A DNA stretch of 32,789 bases, from the NCBI GenBank assembly GCA_044222475.1, contig JBGANF010000092.1, positions 1-32,789 of the forward strand, written 5' to 3'. A model generated the notes under the pieces. The model made no database searches. It saw nothing but the letters and a program-made list of their open reading frames with translations, and was not told where the DNA came from. This document shows positions 1 to 9,638 of this stretch, piece after piece. A program made the position numbers and the translations under genes. Source of the DNA: Polyangiaceae bacterium. GTDB lineage: Bacteria > Myxococcota_A > Polyangia > Polyangiales > Polyangiaceae. Each line of letters begins with the position of its first letter. Within the stretch, counting starts at the first letter, position 1.

Positions 1-43
1 GTACGCGCCGAAGGGTCTCCGCAACACGACGACAGGAGTACGC

Positions 44-1249
44 ATGAACAGGAAGTCTTTGCTTCGGGGTGTGATTCTCGGGGCGCTCTCCACCGGCCTC
101 GCTGGTGCAGCGTTCCTCGCCTGCACCGGTGACGACACGACCGTGACGCCGGACGCCGGCCCCGACGTGGTCGCTCAGGACGCGCCGTTCGATGCGCCGA
201 AGGACCAGGCGAACCCGGTCGACGCCGGTGCCCCGGCCAAGCTGGTCATCGTGCACGCCTCGCCCGATCTTGGCGGCTTCCGGATCTGCATTGCGCGCGG
301 TCCAGACAACAACAGCCTGGTCGTCGCTCCGCTGCCCCCGCTGCCCAACAAGGCGAGGCCCGGCGAACCCTACCCCGGCTTGTTCCAGGGCACCGGTACG
401 CCGATGCCGACCCTCGGCACCGACTTCTCGAACCTCGTCATTCAGCCCTACCTGATGGTGGCCGCGAACCTCGCCGCCAAGGGCGCGATCCCCGGCGACG
501 CGGGTACGCAGCCGGCGTGCGACGAGCTCCTCACCCCGGATGCCTCGATCAAGCTCGTCGAGGGCACCGACTACTTCAAGCTCCCCGCGGTCCCCGCGGG
601 CTTGCTCCTCCGCAACAAGACGTTCCTCTTCCTCGTGGCTGGGTGCCGTCCGACGGCGAGCCGACGCGCGGGAGTCACCGACGGGCAATGCGGGCCGGGC
701 TACAACGGGACCACCGGCAACCTCTCGTTCGCCGGCTACGAGCTCGATCGGGGCCCCCGCGCTGGCACGGAGTTCGGCGTGCAGTTCGCCCACGGCGCTG
801 CCGCCGCCAACGACTTCGTCAAGCAGCCCGTCCTCCCGGGCATGATCCTCGACGGCGGATTCGTCCCGCTCGCCGACGGCGGGACGGTGCCGTACCTCGG
901 CAAGTCGAGTGACGCGGCCGTCGCGTTCACCGGCGTCGCGCCCACCGACTCGTTCGGCATCCGCGTCCAGCTGCCGGTCGGCCCCGACGCGAGCGTCGTC
1001 CCCGTCACCCTCTCGGCTTCGTTGGGTCAAATCCAAGCGGTGACGAGCGGCACGCCGCCGCCGCCGTCGATCTACGTCAATGGCACGAACTACACGTTCG
1101 TGGCCCTCGGCGACCCGAACGTGCCGCAGTACATCGACCCGTTCGATGGCGGTCCGAGCGCTGCCGACGCAGGCGGTCGCTTCAACGGCTATACGTTCCA
1201 CTACCTCGGGTTCGCGAACGACCCGACGCTTCCGCCGTTCACCCCGTGA
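44..1249 (+). CDS. Secreted lipoprotein of unknown function, possibly DUF4397-like
   Basis: SD-like AGGAG before the ATG; hydrophobic signal ending FLAC; DAG-rich linker; IVHASPD resembles the DUF4397 VHASPD motif; several Cys. Confidence 0.75.
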   Translation: MNRKSLLRGVILGALSTGLAGAAFLACTGDDTTVTPDAGPDVVAQDAPFDAPKDQANPVDAGAPAKLVIVHASPDLGGFRICIARGPDNNSLVVAPLPPLPNKARPGEPYPGLFQGTGTPMPTLGTDFSNLVIQPYLMVAANLAAKGAIPGDAGTQPACDELLTPDASIKLVEGTDYFKLPAVPAGLLLRNKTFLFLVAGCRPTASRRAGVTDGQCGPGYNGTTGNLSFAGYELDRGPRAGTEFGVQFAHGAAAANDFVKQPVLPGMILDGGFVPLADGGTVPYLGKSSDAAVAFTGVAPTDSFGIRVQLPVGPDASVVPVTLSASLGQIQAVTSGTPPPPSIYVNGTNYTFVALGDPNVPQYIDPFDGGPSAADAGGRFNGYTFHYLGFANDPTLPPFTP

Positions 1250-1266
1250 GCTGAGCCGCACGCGTG

Positions 1267-1302
1267 AAAACGCCCGATCTCCGCGAGGAGGTCGGGCGTT
1301 TT
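1267..1302. terminator. Bidirectional rho-independent terminator
   Basis: AAAACGCCCGATCTCC-GCGA-GGAGGTCGGGCGTTTT: 16-bp stem (including the A4/T4 ends) with one G-U pair and a GNRA loop, between convergent genes. Confidence 0.85.
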
Positions 1303-1324
1303 ACTTTCCGCTCGGCGGCGTCGA

Positions 1325-2056
1325 TCAGGGGCAGAGCGAGCCCGCGCCGGTCCCGGCGCAGACGTGCTCGCTCGCCTTCAGCGTGGGCACCGGGTCGCCA
1401 TCCTTGACCGCGATGAACAGGCAGCTCGCGACGAGGCTCTGGTTCAGCGGCTGGATGATCTGTCCGCTCAGGTTCCCGCAGAACTTGTCGGCGCCCCCGA
1501 AGATGCCGGCGATGACCGTCCCGTCGACGACGATGTTTCGGCCGGTGAGCGGGTTCGCCTGGCCGTCGATCGTGAGGCAGGCGCTGCTGTTTCCGACCGG
1601 GCACACGTCCGTGCCGAAGCTGGCGGAGTAGGCGCCGTCGGTGGCGACGTCGACGAGCTTGGCGGTGATGGGAGTCCCGACCGTGTTGGCCTTCGCCACC
1701 GTCGTGCTGCCGACCTTGAGCGGCGACAGCGTGAGGTCGAGCGTGCCACCTCCACCGGCGTCGCCCTTGGGGACGAACTTGGTCTCGGTGTAGAAGCGCA
1801 GCGTTCGATCGACGCGGCAGGCCGCGAGATCGGGGAGGCACGAGGCGTAGTAGGTCCCTTCGATCGCCTGGGTCGGGGCGCTCGAGTCTTCCTTGCCGCC
1901 GTCACCGCCGGTCTGACGGTAGCTCGCGGTCTTTTCGACGTAGTCCTTGTAGTCGGCGCTCGGGTCCGGGATGCACGAAGCGACGGGCGCCGCGAGAACC
2001 CCCAGCAAAGGAGCGGCGATCGCGACCCGGAGGACGCGAGCGTGGGGACGAAGCAT
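1325..2056 (-). CDS. Cys-rich lipoprotein of unknown function, divergent from a FadL-like gene
   Basis: C-terminal 243 aa of ORF 1325..3436; ATG at 2056 with GGAGGT SD upstream; lipobox VASC; beta-rich body with multiple Cys. Confidence 0.8.
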   Translation of the reverse strand: MLRPHARVLRVAIAAPLLGVLAAPVASCIPDPSADYKDYVEKTASYRQTGGDGGKEDSSAPTQAIEGTYYASCLPDLAACRVDRTLRFYTETKFVPKGDAGGGGTLDLTLSPLKVGSTTVAKANTVGTPITAKLVDVATDGAYSASFGTDVCPVGNSSACLTIDGQANPLTGRNIVVDGTVIAGIFGGADKFCGNLSGQIIQPLNQSLVASCLFIAVKDGDPVPTLKASEHVCAGTGAGSLCP

Positions 2057-2113
2057 GAAGAACCTCCAAAAGGCCGTACGGACCGGCCTCAGGTTGAATA
2101 TAACAGCTGGGAC

Positions 2114-3574
2114 ATGTTGTCGCGTCCCCCGTTGGTCGGATTCTCCAAGTCGTCCCACCTCGCACCGCTGGTCGGTGTCGCGTTCGCGTCGCTCGCGCTC
2201 CTCGGCGGAGAGCGACCCGCGGAAGCCAGCGGCTACCTGGCCGCGCGCTTCGGCTCGGATCACGGCACGCCCGCGATGGCAAACACGTACGCGATCTACT
2301 TCAACCCCGCGGCGCTCGGCGGCACCACCGGCTCCAACTTGACGCTCGACCTCTCGCTCGCGTTTCGCTGGGCGAGCTACTCGCGCACCCAGGAGGCGCT
2401 CTCCCCCTCCGATCCGTCGACGCTCGCCAACCCGGACTATCGCGCCGCGAACACCGGCAACGCGACGCTCGTCAACCTCCTCGCACTCCCGTTCCTCGGC
2501 GTGACGACCGACTTCGGGATGAAGAACAACAAGACCATCGGCATCCACGGCGGCTTCGCCACCTACGTCCCGTTCGGCGGCCTCGCCACGTGGAACAAGC
2601 GCGACGACGCTCCGGCCAACGTGCCGGGAGCGACCGACGGCGTGCAGCGCTGGCACAACATCAGCGGACAGATCCTCGCGATCTACAACACGCTCGCGGC
2701 GTCGTTCACCATCAAGCCGCTCCGGCTCTCGATCGGGGCGAGCCTGAGCGCGGTCATCCACCACGTCGCCACCGTGCGCGCGCGAAACCTCGACGGCTCG
2801 GACGACACGCTCATCGGCAACACGCTGATCGAGGGCCGCTCGTTGATCAACGTCTGGGGCCTCAACTTCGGTGCCTCGTTCGGCGCGTACTTCGAGCCGC
2901 TCGAGGATCGTTCCCTCCGCATCGGCTACGCGTACCTCACGCAACCGGGCTTCGGTGAGACGCGGATGTCGGGCACGCTCAAGCAGACGCTCGGCACCGC
3001 CAAGGAAGACTCGACCCCGATCAACCTGCTCCAGGAGTACCCCGACATCCACCGCATCGGCGTGTCGTGGCGCGCGACCAAGCGCGTGGAGCTGCGGAGC
3101 GACTTCGAGTACGTGCGGTGGAGCACCTTCACGCGTCAGTGCGTCGTCCGCGAAGGCCAGGCATGCGACGTCGCCGCCGACGGCGCCGACCAGTCGAACG
3201 GCAAGGTCATCCTCAACATCCCGCGCAACTGGAACGACGCGGTCGGGTTCCGCATCGGCGGCTCGTATTTCATCAGCGACTCGGCCGAGGTCTTCTTCGG
3301 GACCGGCTTCACGACCAGCGCGGTCCCCAAGACGACGATCGACGCTTCCACGATCGACGCGTTCCGCCTCTATTTCACCGGCGGCGCCAAGTTCCAGCTG
3401 TCGAAGCACTGGGGCGTCGCCGCGAGCTACAACCACATCGCGTTCCTCAACGTGAACACCAACGGCGCGAACGACCTCAACGGTTTCAAGGACGTCTCCC
3501 GCTCCCCCAGCGGCGACGGCGTCTACCGAGCGGTCCTCGGCCTCGTGAACCTGAACGTCAACTACACGTTCTGA
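2114..3574 (+). CDS. OmpP1/FadL family outer-membrane transporter
   Basis: Start MLSRPP at 2114; signal peptide ending AEA; YFNPAAL (FadL NPA motif); YVRWS and WNDAVGFRIG strands; C-terminal beta-signal NVNYTF. Confidence 0.85.
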   Translation: MLSRPPLVGFSKSSHLAPLVGVAFASLALLGGERPAEASGYLAARFGSDHGTPAMANTYAIYFNPAALGGTTGSNLTLDLSLAFRWASYSRTQEALSPSDPSTLANPDYRAANTGNATLVNLLALPFLGVTTDFGMKNNKTIGIHGGFATYVPFGGLATWNKRDDAPANVPGATDGVQRWHNISGQILAIYNTLAASFTIKPLRLSIGASLSAVIHHVATVRARNLDGSDDTLIGNTLIEGRSLINVWGLNFGASFGAYFEPLEDRSLRIGYAYLTQPGFGETRMSGTLKQTLGTAKEDSTPINLLQEYPDIHRIGVSWRATKRVELRSDFEYVRWSTFTRQCVVREGQACDVAADGADQSNGKVILNIPRNWNDAVGFRIGGSYFISDSAEVFFGTGFTTSAVPKTTIDASTIDAFRLYFTGGAKFQLSKHWGVAASYNHIAFLNVNTNGANDLNGFKDVSRSPSGDGVYRAVLGLVNLNVNYTF

Positions 3575-3580
3575 GGTCCG

Positions 3581-4057
3581 TCAGCGGAGTGCCCGCACGG
3601 TGTAGCTCTTCGTGCCTTGGGGCGTCGTCACCTCGGCCTCGTCGCCTTCGGCGAGCCCGAGCAGAGCCGCCCCGAGCGGGCTCGTCGTCGCGAGCGTCTT
3701 GAGGTCGCCGAGCGCGATCCCTCCGGCGGCGGTGACGAGGAAATAGGTGACGACCTTCCTCCCGTCGTCCACGTCGACGACGGCCGACGCCGCTGCGCGG
3801 TCGGCGGGGCCGAACGCCTTGATCGGCATCGCCGCGAGCTTCAGCAGCGCCGCGTCGAGCTCGCGCACGCGCTCGGCCTGTCCGCGCGCGACGTAGGACG
3901 CCTCGGTGGCGCGCATGTCCTTGTCGCCCTCGGCCTTGTTCTCTTCGTGCGTCGCGGCGGCGGCGGCGTCCTTCGCCGAGCGCGTGCCTCGCTCGATCTC
4001 GGCGGCGATGTGAGCGCGGAGCTCGTCGACCAACGCTCGCTTTCCTTCCAGGTCCAC
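3581..4057 (-). CDS. GreA/GreB family transcription factor-like protein
   Basis: N-terminal coiled coil AATHEENKAE...EASYVARGQ; C-terminal SPLGAALLGLAEGDE typical of the Gre C-domain. Confidence 0.8.
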   Translation of the reverse strand: MDLEGKRALVDELRAHIAAEIERGTRSAKDAAAAATHEENKAEGDKDMRATEASYVARGQAERVRELDAALLKLAAMPIKAFGPADRAAASAVVDVDDGRKVVTYFLVTAAGGIALGDLKTLATTSPLGAALLGLAEGDEAEVTTPQGTKSYTVRALR

Positions 4058-4086
4058 CGGGGGAGAATATGTGAAACTCTGCCGCC

Positions 4087-4659
4087 GTGGGTACGATCAC
4101 CCCGAACGTCATCGGATTCGACGACGCGCCGTTCGCTCGAGAGCACCGCGGCGACATTCGGCTCATCGGCATCGTCTGCTCGCGCACCCGCGCCGACGGC
4201 GTGCTCAGCGACTGGGTGCGTCGCGACGGGCGAAACTCGACCGAGGTGATGGCTCGCATGATCGAGCGCGGACCGTTCGCTCGACACGTGCGCGCCGTGT
4301 TCCTCCAAGGCATCGCGGTGGCCGGGTTCAACGTCGTGGACGTTCGGGCGCTCCACGATCGACTGCGGATCCCCGTGATCGCCGTCGTCCGGCGCGAGCC
4401 CGATTGGGCAGCGATTCGGCGCGCACTCTCCCACCGGCCCGCGGCCGAGCGGAAGTGGCGGCTCATTCGCGGCGCAGGCCCGCTCGAGCGCGTACCCGGG
4501 CTTCCCGGGATACACGTCCAGCGCGTCGGCGCGACGCTCCTCGAGGTGCGCGAGCTCCTCGAGAAGACGACGCTGCACGGCAACCTGCCCGAGGTGCTCC
4601 GCCTCGCGCACCTCGTCGCCGGCGGAGTGACCACCGGAGTCAGTCGTGGCCGCGCGTGA
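4087..4659 (+). CDS. DUF99 family protein (endonuclease V-like fold)
   Basis: VIGFDDAPF, DGRNST, LQGIAVAGFNVVD and PEVLRLAHLVAGG motifs. Confidence 0.85.
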   Translation: MGTITPNVIGFDDAPFAREHRGDIRLIGIVCSRTRADGVLSDWVRRDGRNSTEVMARMIERGPFARHVRAVFLQGIAVAGFNVVDVRALHDRLRIPVIAVVRREPDWAAIRRALSHRPAAERKWRLIRGAGPLERVPGLPGIHVQRVGATLLEVRELLEKTTLHGNLPEVLRLAHLVAGGVTTGVSRGRA

Positions 4660-6172
4660 CCGGTCGCTCGTGCTCGTGGCCCTCGTCGTCGCGTGTGGCG
4701 CCGGCGTCCCCGCTGCATCGCCGAGCGCGCCGAGCCCTCGCGCAATCGACGACGCGCGCGCCCGCGATCTCGACGCGTTCGTCGCGATGGCGAGCGCGAA
4801 GCTCCGAGTCCCCGGCGCTGCGGTCGCGGTGATCGCCTCGGGTCGCGTCGTCTACGAGCGTTCGATCGGCGTCGAGCGCGTGGGGGCGCCCGACCCGGTG
4901 ACCCCGACCACGCGCTTCCTGATCGGCTCGATCACGAAGCCCATGACGACGCTCATGGAGGCCTCCCTCGTCGACACCGGCACCGTGCGCTGGGACACGC
5001 CGATCACGACGCTTCTCCCCGGGTTCGCCGTCGGCGATCCCTCGCTCACGGAGCGGCTCGTCCTCTGGCACATGTCGTGTGCGTGCACGGGGATGCCACA
5101 GCAGGATCTCGAGTATCTCTTCGAGTTCGACGGCGTCACGGCGGAGCGGCGGATCGACTCGATGCGGACGATGAAGCCCATCGCTGCGCTCGGAGCCGAG
5201 TACCACTACTCGAACCTGATGGTCGCCGCCGGTGGGTACGGCGCGGCGCGAGCGCTCGCGCCGAGCCGGTCCCTCGGCGACGCGTACGATCTCGCGATGA
5301 AGTCGCGCGTGTTCGACCCGATCGGCATGATCGACTCGACCCTCGACTTCGCGCTCGTCGAGAGCGGCGACTACGCGAAGCCGCACGCCCTCGCGATCGA
5401 CGGAGCGATCCGCGAGATCCCGCTCGCGCTCGAACGAAGCGTGCTCCCCATCCGCCCCGCCGGCGGCGTGTGGTCGACCCTCCGCGACATGGAGCGCTAC
5501 GTCCTCACCGAGCTGTCCCGAGGCCTTTCGCCCGACGGAAAGCGCGTCGCGTCGGAAGCGAACGTGGTCGAGCGCCGAAAGCTCCGCATCCACGACGGCC
5601 CCGACGGCGGCTACGGTCTCGGCATCGACGTCGGAGCCTACGACGGCACGCCGATGCTCGCTCACGACGGCGGGAGCCTCGGCTTCGGTGCCTCGATGTT
5701 CATGTTGCCCGATCGAGGCGTCGGGATCGTCGTGCTCACGAACGTGCGCAACGGCGGGCCGTCCGAGCAGCTGCCGTTCAACGCAGCGGTGAAGCGGCGC
5801 ATCTTCGAAGCGTTGTTCGACCGCGCCGAGCCGCGCGCGGAGGCGATGGTCGATGCGTTCGTGGCCGCCCGCCGAGAGCTCGACGCGAAGAGGACCGAAG
5901 GTCTGGAGCGCGATCCCGACCCGCGGTGGGTCGAGTCCCTCGTCGGTACGTACGCGAACGCCGCGCTGGGCACGGTGACGATTCGATCCGCTGCCCACGG
6001 CGGCGTGTTCGACGCCGGCGAGTGGTCGAGCGCCTTCGGCCGCACGATCGACGCGAGCGGTGCGGTGAAGGTGGTGTTCGTCGACCCGCCGTTCGCAGGC
6101 GGTGACGTCGACGTCGTCGGCGACACGCTGGTGGTGGGGGGGACCTACGTGCTCGCGCGGAAGGGGAAATAG
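4646..6172 (+). CDS. Serine hydrolase, beta-lactamase class C/AmpC-like superfamily, probable lipoprotein
   Basis: SxxK (GSITK), YSN (YHYSN), HDGG triad; lipobox VVAC. Confidence 0.85.
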   Translation: MAARDRSLVLVALVVACGAGVPAASPSAPSPRAIDDARARDLDAFVAMASAKLRVPGAAVAVIASGRVVYERSIGVERVGAPDPVTPTTRFLIGSITKPMTTLMEASLVDTGTVRWDTPITTLLPGFAVGDPSLTERLVLWHMSCACTGMPQQDLEYLFEFDGVTAERRIDSMRTMKPIAALGAEYHYSNLMVAAGGYGAARALAPSRSLGDAYDLAMKSRVFDPIGMIDSTLDFALVESGDYAKPHALAIDGAIREIPLALERSVLPIRPAGGVWSTLRDMERYVLTELSRGLSPDGKRVASEANVVERRKLRIHDGPDGGYGLGIDVGAYDGTPMLAHDGGSLGFGASMFMLPDRGVGIVVLTNVRNGGPSEQLPFNAAVKRRIFEALFDRAEPRAEAMVDAFVAARRELDAKRTEGLERDPDPRWVESLVGTYANAALGTVTIRSAAHGGVFDAGEWSSAFGRTIDASGAVKVVFVDPPFAGGDVDVVGDTLVVGGTYVLARKGK

Positions 6173-6179
6173 CTCCGCT

Positions 6180-7277
6180 TCAAGTCCTGCGCGGCGGCAC
6201 GGGCCGCGTCGGGCGAGTCGCGGCCACCGGCTTCGACTTGGTCGGACGCGGTACCGCCGCCGGTCGCGGTGCGACCAGCTTCGTGATCTGGGGGCGCGAC
6301 GGCTGCCGCTTTCGCGGAGGCTCGGGCTCGATCACCTCGAAGACGTCGGCCTCCATCGTGCTGTCCGCGCGGGGTCGCGCCTTCGTCTCGATCGTGCGAT
6401 CGGCGCCGCCGTCGTCGACCTCCACCTCGTCGATCCCCACCTCGAGGATGCCCTCTTCGTTCGCGCCCGCGGCGTCGTCGCGGAGGCGCTCGTAGCTCTC
6501 GAGGTCGGGCTTGCGAAAGTCGTCCGCGCCGAACACCTCGCGGATGAGCTCCGCTCCGCGATCGACCGAAGAGAGACCCATGAACGCCTTGGTGATGATC
6601 TCTCGCGCCTTCGGCTGGAGATCGGTACGAGCCGCGATGACGTCGGCGGGGATCTCGCCGAACGTCGTCAGCGGGCGCACGAGCGACGCGTGGGGCGTCG
6701 TCGTCCACGATCCGCCGCGGCCACGGCTGTGGCCGTAGGTGGCGCCGAAGTCGGCGTAGCCTTCGGCGACCGCGCGAACGACGGCCTCGTGCGAGCCGTA
6801 GAACCTCTGCGACGAGAAGGCCTTTCGCGGATCGATGCCTGCCTCCCAGAACTCGATCCGTGGGAGCACGAAGCCGCTGGCGCTGTGGCGATCGACCCAA
6901 GCGGCGCGCTTTCCCCGGAGGTCGGCCAAGCTGCGCGCCCGAGACCCCGCGTGGACGATGATCGCGCCCGGGAACATCGCGCTCCCGCGGCGGTAGTGGC
7001 TCGCGAGCGGGATGACGCTGCCCTGACGCGCGAGCGAGATGAACGGGATCGGAGACAGCCATGCCAGGTCGATCTCGCTCTTGTGGATCAGCTGGGCGAC
7101 GCGCTCGTACGAGGCGAGCGCGGTGATGCTCACGTCGATCATCGCGAAGTGGCTCAGGAGGATCGAGAACTCGGTCATTCGGAGCTTCGCCGCCGGCGAG
7201 GCCTGCGGTGCGGAGTAACCCATGACGACGAGATCGAGCTCCGAGCGCGTTCGGGGAGCCGGGCGGGGTCGAGTCAT
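6180..7277 (-). CDS. PhnD-like phosphate/phosphonate substrate-binding domain protein with disordered C-terminal tail
   Basis: LADLRGKRAAWVDRHSASGFVLP, GSHEAVVRAVAEGYADFGA and IPAD motifs; no signal peptide; -10 TAGGAT 6 nt before the ATG. Confidence 0.8.
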   Translation of the reverse strand: MTRPRPAPRTRSELDLVVMGYSAPQASPAAKLRMTEFSILLSHFAMIDVSITALASYERVAQLIHKSEIDLAWLSPIPFISLARQGSVIPLASHYRRGSAMFPGAIIVHAGSRARSLADLRGKRAAWVDRHSASGFVLPRIEFWEAGIDPRKAFSSQRFYGSHEAVVRAVAEGYADFGATYGHSRGRGGSWTTTPHASLVRPLTTFGEIPADVIAARTDLQPKAREIITKAFMGLSSVDRGAELIREVFGADDFRKPDLESYERLRDDAAGANEEGILEVGIDEVEVDDGGADRTIETKARPRADSTMEADVFEVIEPEPPRKRQPSRPQITKLVAPRPAAVPRPTKSKPVAATRPTRPVPPRRT

Positions 7278-7313
7278 CGGGCGATCCTAGCGGTTTGCAC
7301 GTATCGTGTCGTC

Positions 7314-8024
7314 ATGCCGTCGTCGTCGCTGCTCGACCCGCTGCGGGACGTCCTCGCGCGCGAGCGCCTCGTCACCGCGCTCGGCGCGGTTGCGGTCGAG
7401 CTCATCGCGATGGCGGTCGTGCTCCCGGCTTCCCCGACGTTCTGTGTCGCGATCGACATGGCGCCGCCCGGCGGGGCGGTCTGGGTCCTTTGGGCGTTCG
7501 GCGTCCTCGGCGCGCTCGGCGTCGCCTTCCTCGTCCGTCGCGTGCTCGAGCTCCGAGCCATCGACCGCACCCCGATCATGATCAAGCTCCTCCATGATCC
7601 CGAAGACGTCGTCTGGGTCCACTCCGGGATCGCGATCGAGCAGCGGATGTACGGCGAGACCGTGAACCGATCCCGTCACGTCGCGTTTCTCACCGAGTCG
7701 CGAGACAACGACTCGGTCGCGATGAGCGAGACCGACGCCCGCCGCGTCCTCTCGGCGATCGAAGACTACCTGCCTCACGCGCTGGTCAGCGGGTTCTCGA
7801 AAGAGGTGCTCCAGCGCTACGAGGCGGACCCGGCGTCGCTTCGGCGCACGCCGCGGGACGGCCCTCGCAAGGGCGGCTCGTACCGCGATGCGGCGGGCGT
7901 CGCCGAGCCCGCAGCGAGGGCGCTCCCGAAGCCGGTGGCCGCTCCCTACTGGCTCGCGGCCGTGATCTGCGTCGCGCTCGTGGTCGTGGCGCCGACGCTG
8001 GCTTCGCTCGTTCTCGCGCCGTAG
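7314..8024 (+). CDS. Hypothetical membrane protein (about 3 TM)
   Basis: C-terminal part of ORF 6102..8024 from MPSSSLL; two N-terminal and one C-terminal hydrophobic helices; -10 TATCGT 6 nt upstream. Confidence 0.7.
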   Translation: MPSSSLLDPLRDVLARERLVTALGAVAVELIAMAVVLPASPTFCVAIDMAPPGGAVWVLWAFGVLGALGVAFLVRRVLELRAIDRTPIMIKLLHDPEDVVWVHSGIAIEQRMYGETVNRSRHVAFLTESRDNDSVAMSETDARRVLSAIEDYLPHALVSGFSKEVLQRYEADPASLRRTPRDGPRKGGSYRDAAGVAEPAARALPKPVAAPYWLAAVICVALVVVAPTLASLVLAP

Positions 8025-8040
8025 GTGGTACAAGCATCCC

Positions 8041-8910
8041 GTGCTCTTCGACGTCGTCGCGATCGATCACCTCACGCTGCTCGTGCGCGTCGTCGTCGGC
8101 TTCGCCGCCCTCGTCGTCGTGCCGCTCGCCCTGCGTCACGCGTTCGACGCAGACGAGGCTCCGCTGCCGCGGATCGCGCTGTTCGTCGCCGGCGCATGCC
8201 TCGGCCTCGCGATGCTCGTCCGCGCGCCGATCGGCGGCGCGCTCGTCCTGCCGTGGGGCCTCGCCGCCGCGTTCATGGCGGCGCGCGCCGTCTACGATCG
8301 CCTCGGGAAGCTTCGTTCGCTCACGCTGCCGGATGCCGCCATCACCGCGTCGCTCGTCTACTTGCCGGTCGGCGCGATCTGGGCCGGCGCGTACCGGCTC
8401 GGGATCCCGCTCGCCGGGTTCGCCGGCCTCGAGTGTCTCCTCACCGCGGCGCATTTCCACTACGCGGGGTTCGGCGCGTGCGCGCTCGTCGGTCTGCTCG
8501 GCCGCGAGCTCGGTGACGACCGGGGAGTCACGTATCGCATCGGCGCGGTCGGAACGATCGTCTCGGTCGCGCTGGTCGCCGCCGGGATCACCGCGTCGCA
8601 TGCGGTCGAGCGCATCTCGGCGTGGGCGCTCGTCGCGTCGGTGCTGCTCGTCGACGTGAACTTGGTACGGCTCGGCCTCCGGTCGCGAGGAGCGGCGCGG
8701 GTGCTCTTGTTCGCGTCACCCCTCGCGAGCGTCGTCGCGGCGCTCTTCGCTGCCCACTTCGCCGAGAGCGGGTTTCACACCCTCGACGATCAGAAGCTTC
8801 GTCGCATGCTCTACCTGCACGGCATGGTCAACGCGTTCGGCTTCGTCACGCTGGGCCTCTTCGGCATCGCCTTGCGACGTCGGGCGGCCGTCAGCCGGTC
8901 AGGGTCCTGA
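8041..8910 (+). CDS. YndJ family membrane protein
   Basis: Multi-TM protein with LTAAHFHYAGF and MLYLHGMVNAFGF motifs. Confidence 0.8.
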   Translation: MLFDVVAIDHLTLLVRVVVGFAALVVVPLALRHAFDADEAPLPRIALFVAGACLGLAMLVRAPIGGALVLPWGLAAAFMAARAVYDRLGKLRSLTLPDAAITASLVYLPVGAIWAGAYRLGIPLAGFAGLECLLTAAHFHYAGFGACALVGLLGRELGDDRGVTYRIGAVGTIVSVALVAAGITASHAVERISAWALVASVLLVDVNLVRLGLRSRGAARVLLFASPLASVVAALFAAHFAESGFHTLDDQKLRRMLYLHGMVNAFGFVTLGLFGIALRRRAAVSRSGS

Positions 8911-8929
8911 TCGTCAGTGGGATTCCGAG

Positions 8930-9634
8930 ATGAAGCGAACGATCGTCATTGGAGATTTGCACGGCTGCTACGAGGAGGCTCTCGACCTGCTCGACGCGGT
9001 CGCCGCCGCGGCGTCGGACCGCATCGTCTTCGTCGGCGATCTCGTCGACCGTGGGCCGAAGCCTCGCGAGTGCGTCGAGCTCGCCATGCGCCACGAGTGC
9101 GTGCTCGGGAACCACGAAGAGAAGCACCTCGCCGAGCGCCATCGTAGAGACGACGCGCTCCTCCCCGATCACCTGCGGACCCGCCGCGAGCTCTCGGCCT
9201 CGCACTACGAGTACTTCGCCCGCCTGCCGACGCACCTTCTCCTGCCCGAGTACGGCGCCGCGGTGATCCACGCCGGGGCGCTCCCGGGCAAGCCGGTGGC
9301 GGCGCAGGATCCGTATCACCTGCTCCACGCCCAGTGCGTCGCGCCGCCGGCGAAGAAGAGCTACTGGCCGTCGAAGGCCCCGTCGACCCATACGTTCTGG
9401 GCGCGCCACTGGAAGGGGCCCGAGCGCGTCATCTTCGGCCACACGGTCATCGACCGGCCGCTCGTGACCGAGCACGCCGTCGGCATCGACACCGGCTGCG
9501 TCTACGGACACGCGCTGACCGCCGTCGTCCTGCCGGACTGGAAGATCGTCTCGGTGCCTTCGCGCCAAGCGAAGCGCCTCGGCAAGACCGTTGCAAAATA
9601 CACGCTTCAGGGCGACGTGATGACTTACTCTTGA
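8930..9634 (+). CDS. Metallophosphoesterase (PrpA/ApaH-like phosphoprotein phosphatase or Ap4A hydrolase family)
   Basis: GDLHGC, GDLVDRG, GNHE, HAG, FGH and IDTGC motifs. Confidence 0.9.
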   Translation: MKRTIVIGDLHGCYEEALDLLDAVAAAASDRIVFVGDLVDRGPKPRECVELAMRHECVLGNHEEKHLAERHRRDDALLPDHLRTRRELSASHYEYFARLPTHLLLPEYGAAVIHAGALPGKPVAAQDPYHLLHAQCVAPPAKKSYWPSKAPSTHTFWARHWKGPERVIFGHTVIDRPLVTEHAVGIDTGCVYGHALTAVVLPDWKIVSVPSRQAKRLGKTVAKYTLQGDVMTYS

Positions 9635-9638
9635 GCGG

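Noticed and set aside
2057..3436. Long N-terminal extension of ORF 1325..3436 (-)
   Set aside because: Antisense shadow of the FadL gene; the real start with SD and lipoprotein signal is at 2056
4646..6172. Antibiotic-resistance beta-lactamase
   Set aside because: The motifs only place it in the broad serine hydrolase superfamily; the substrate cannot be inferred
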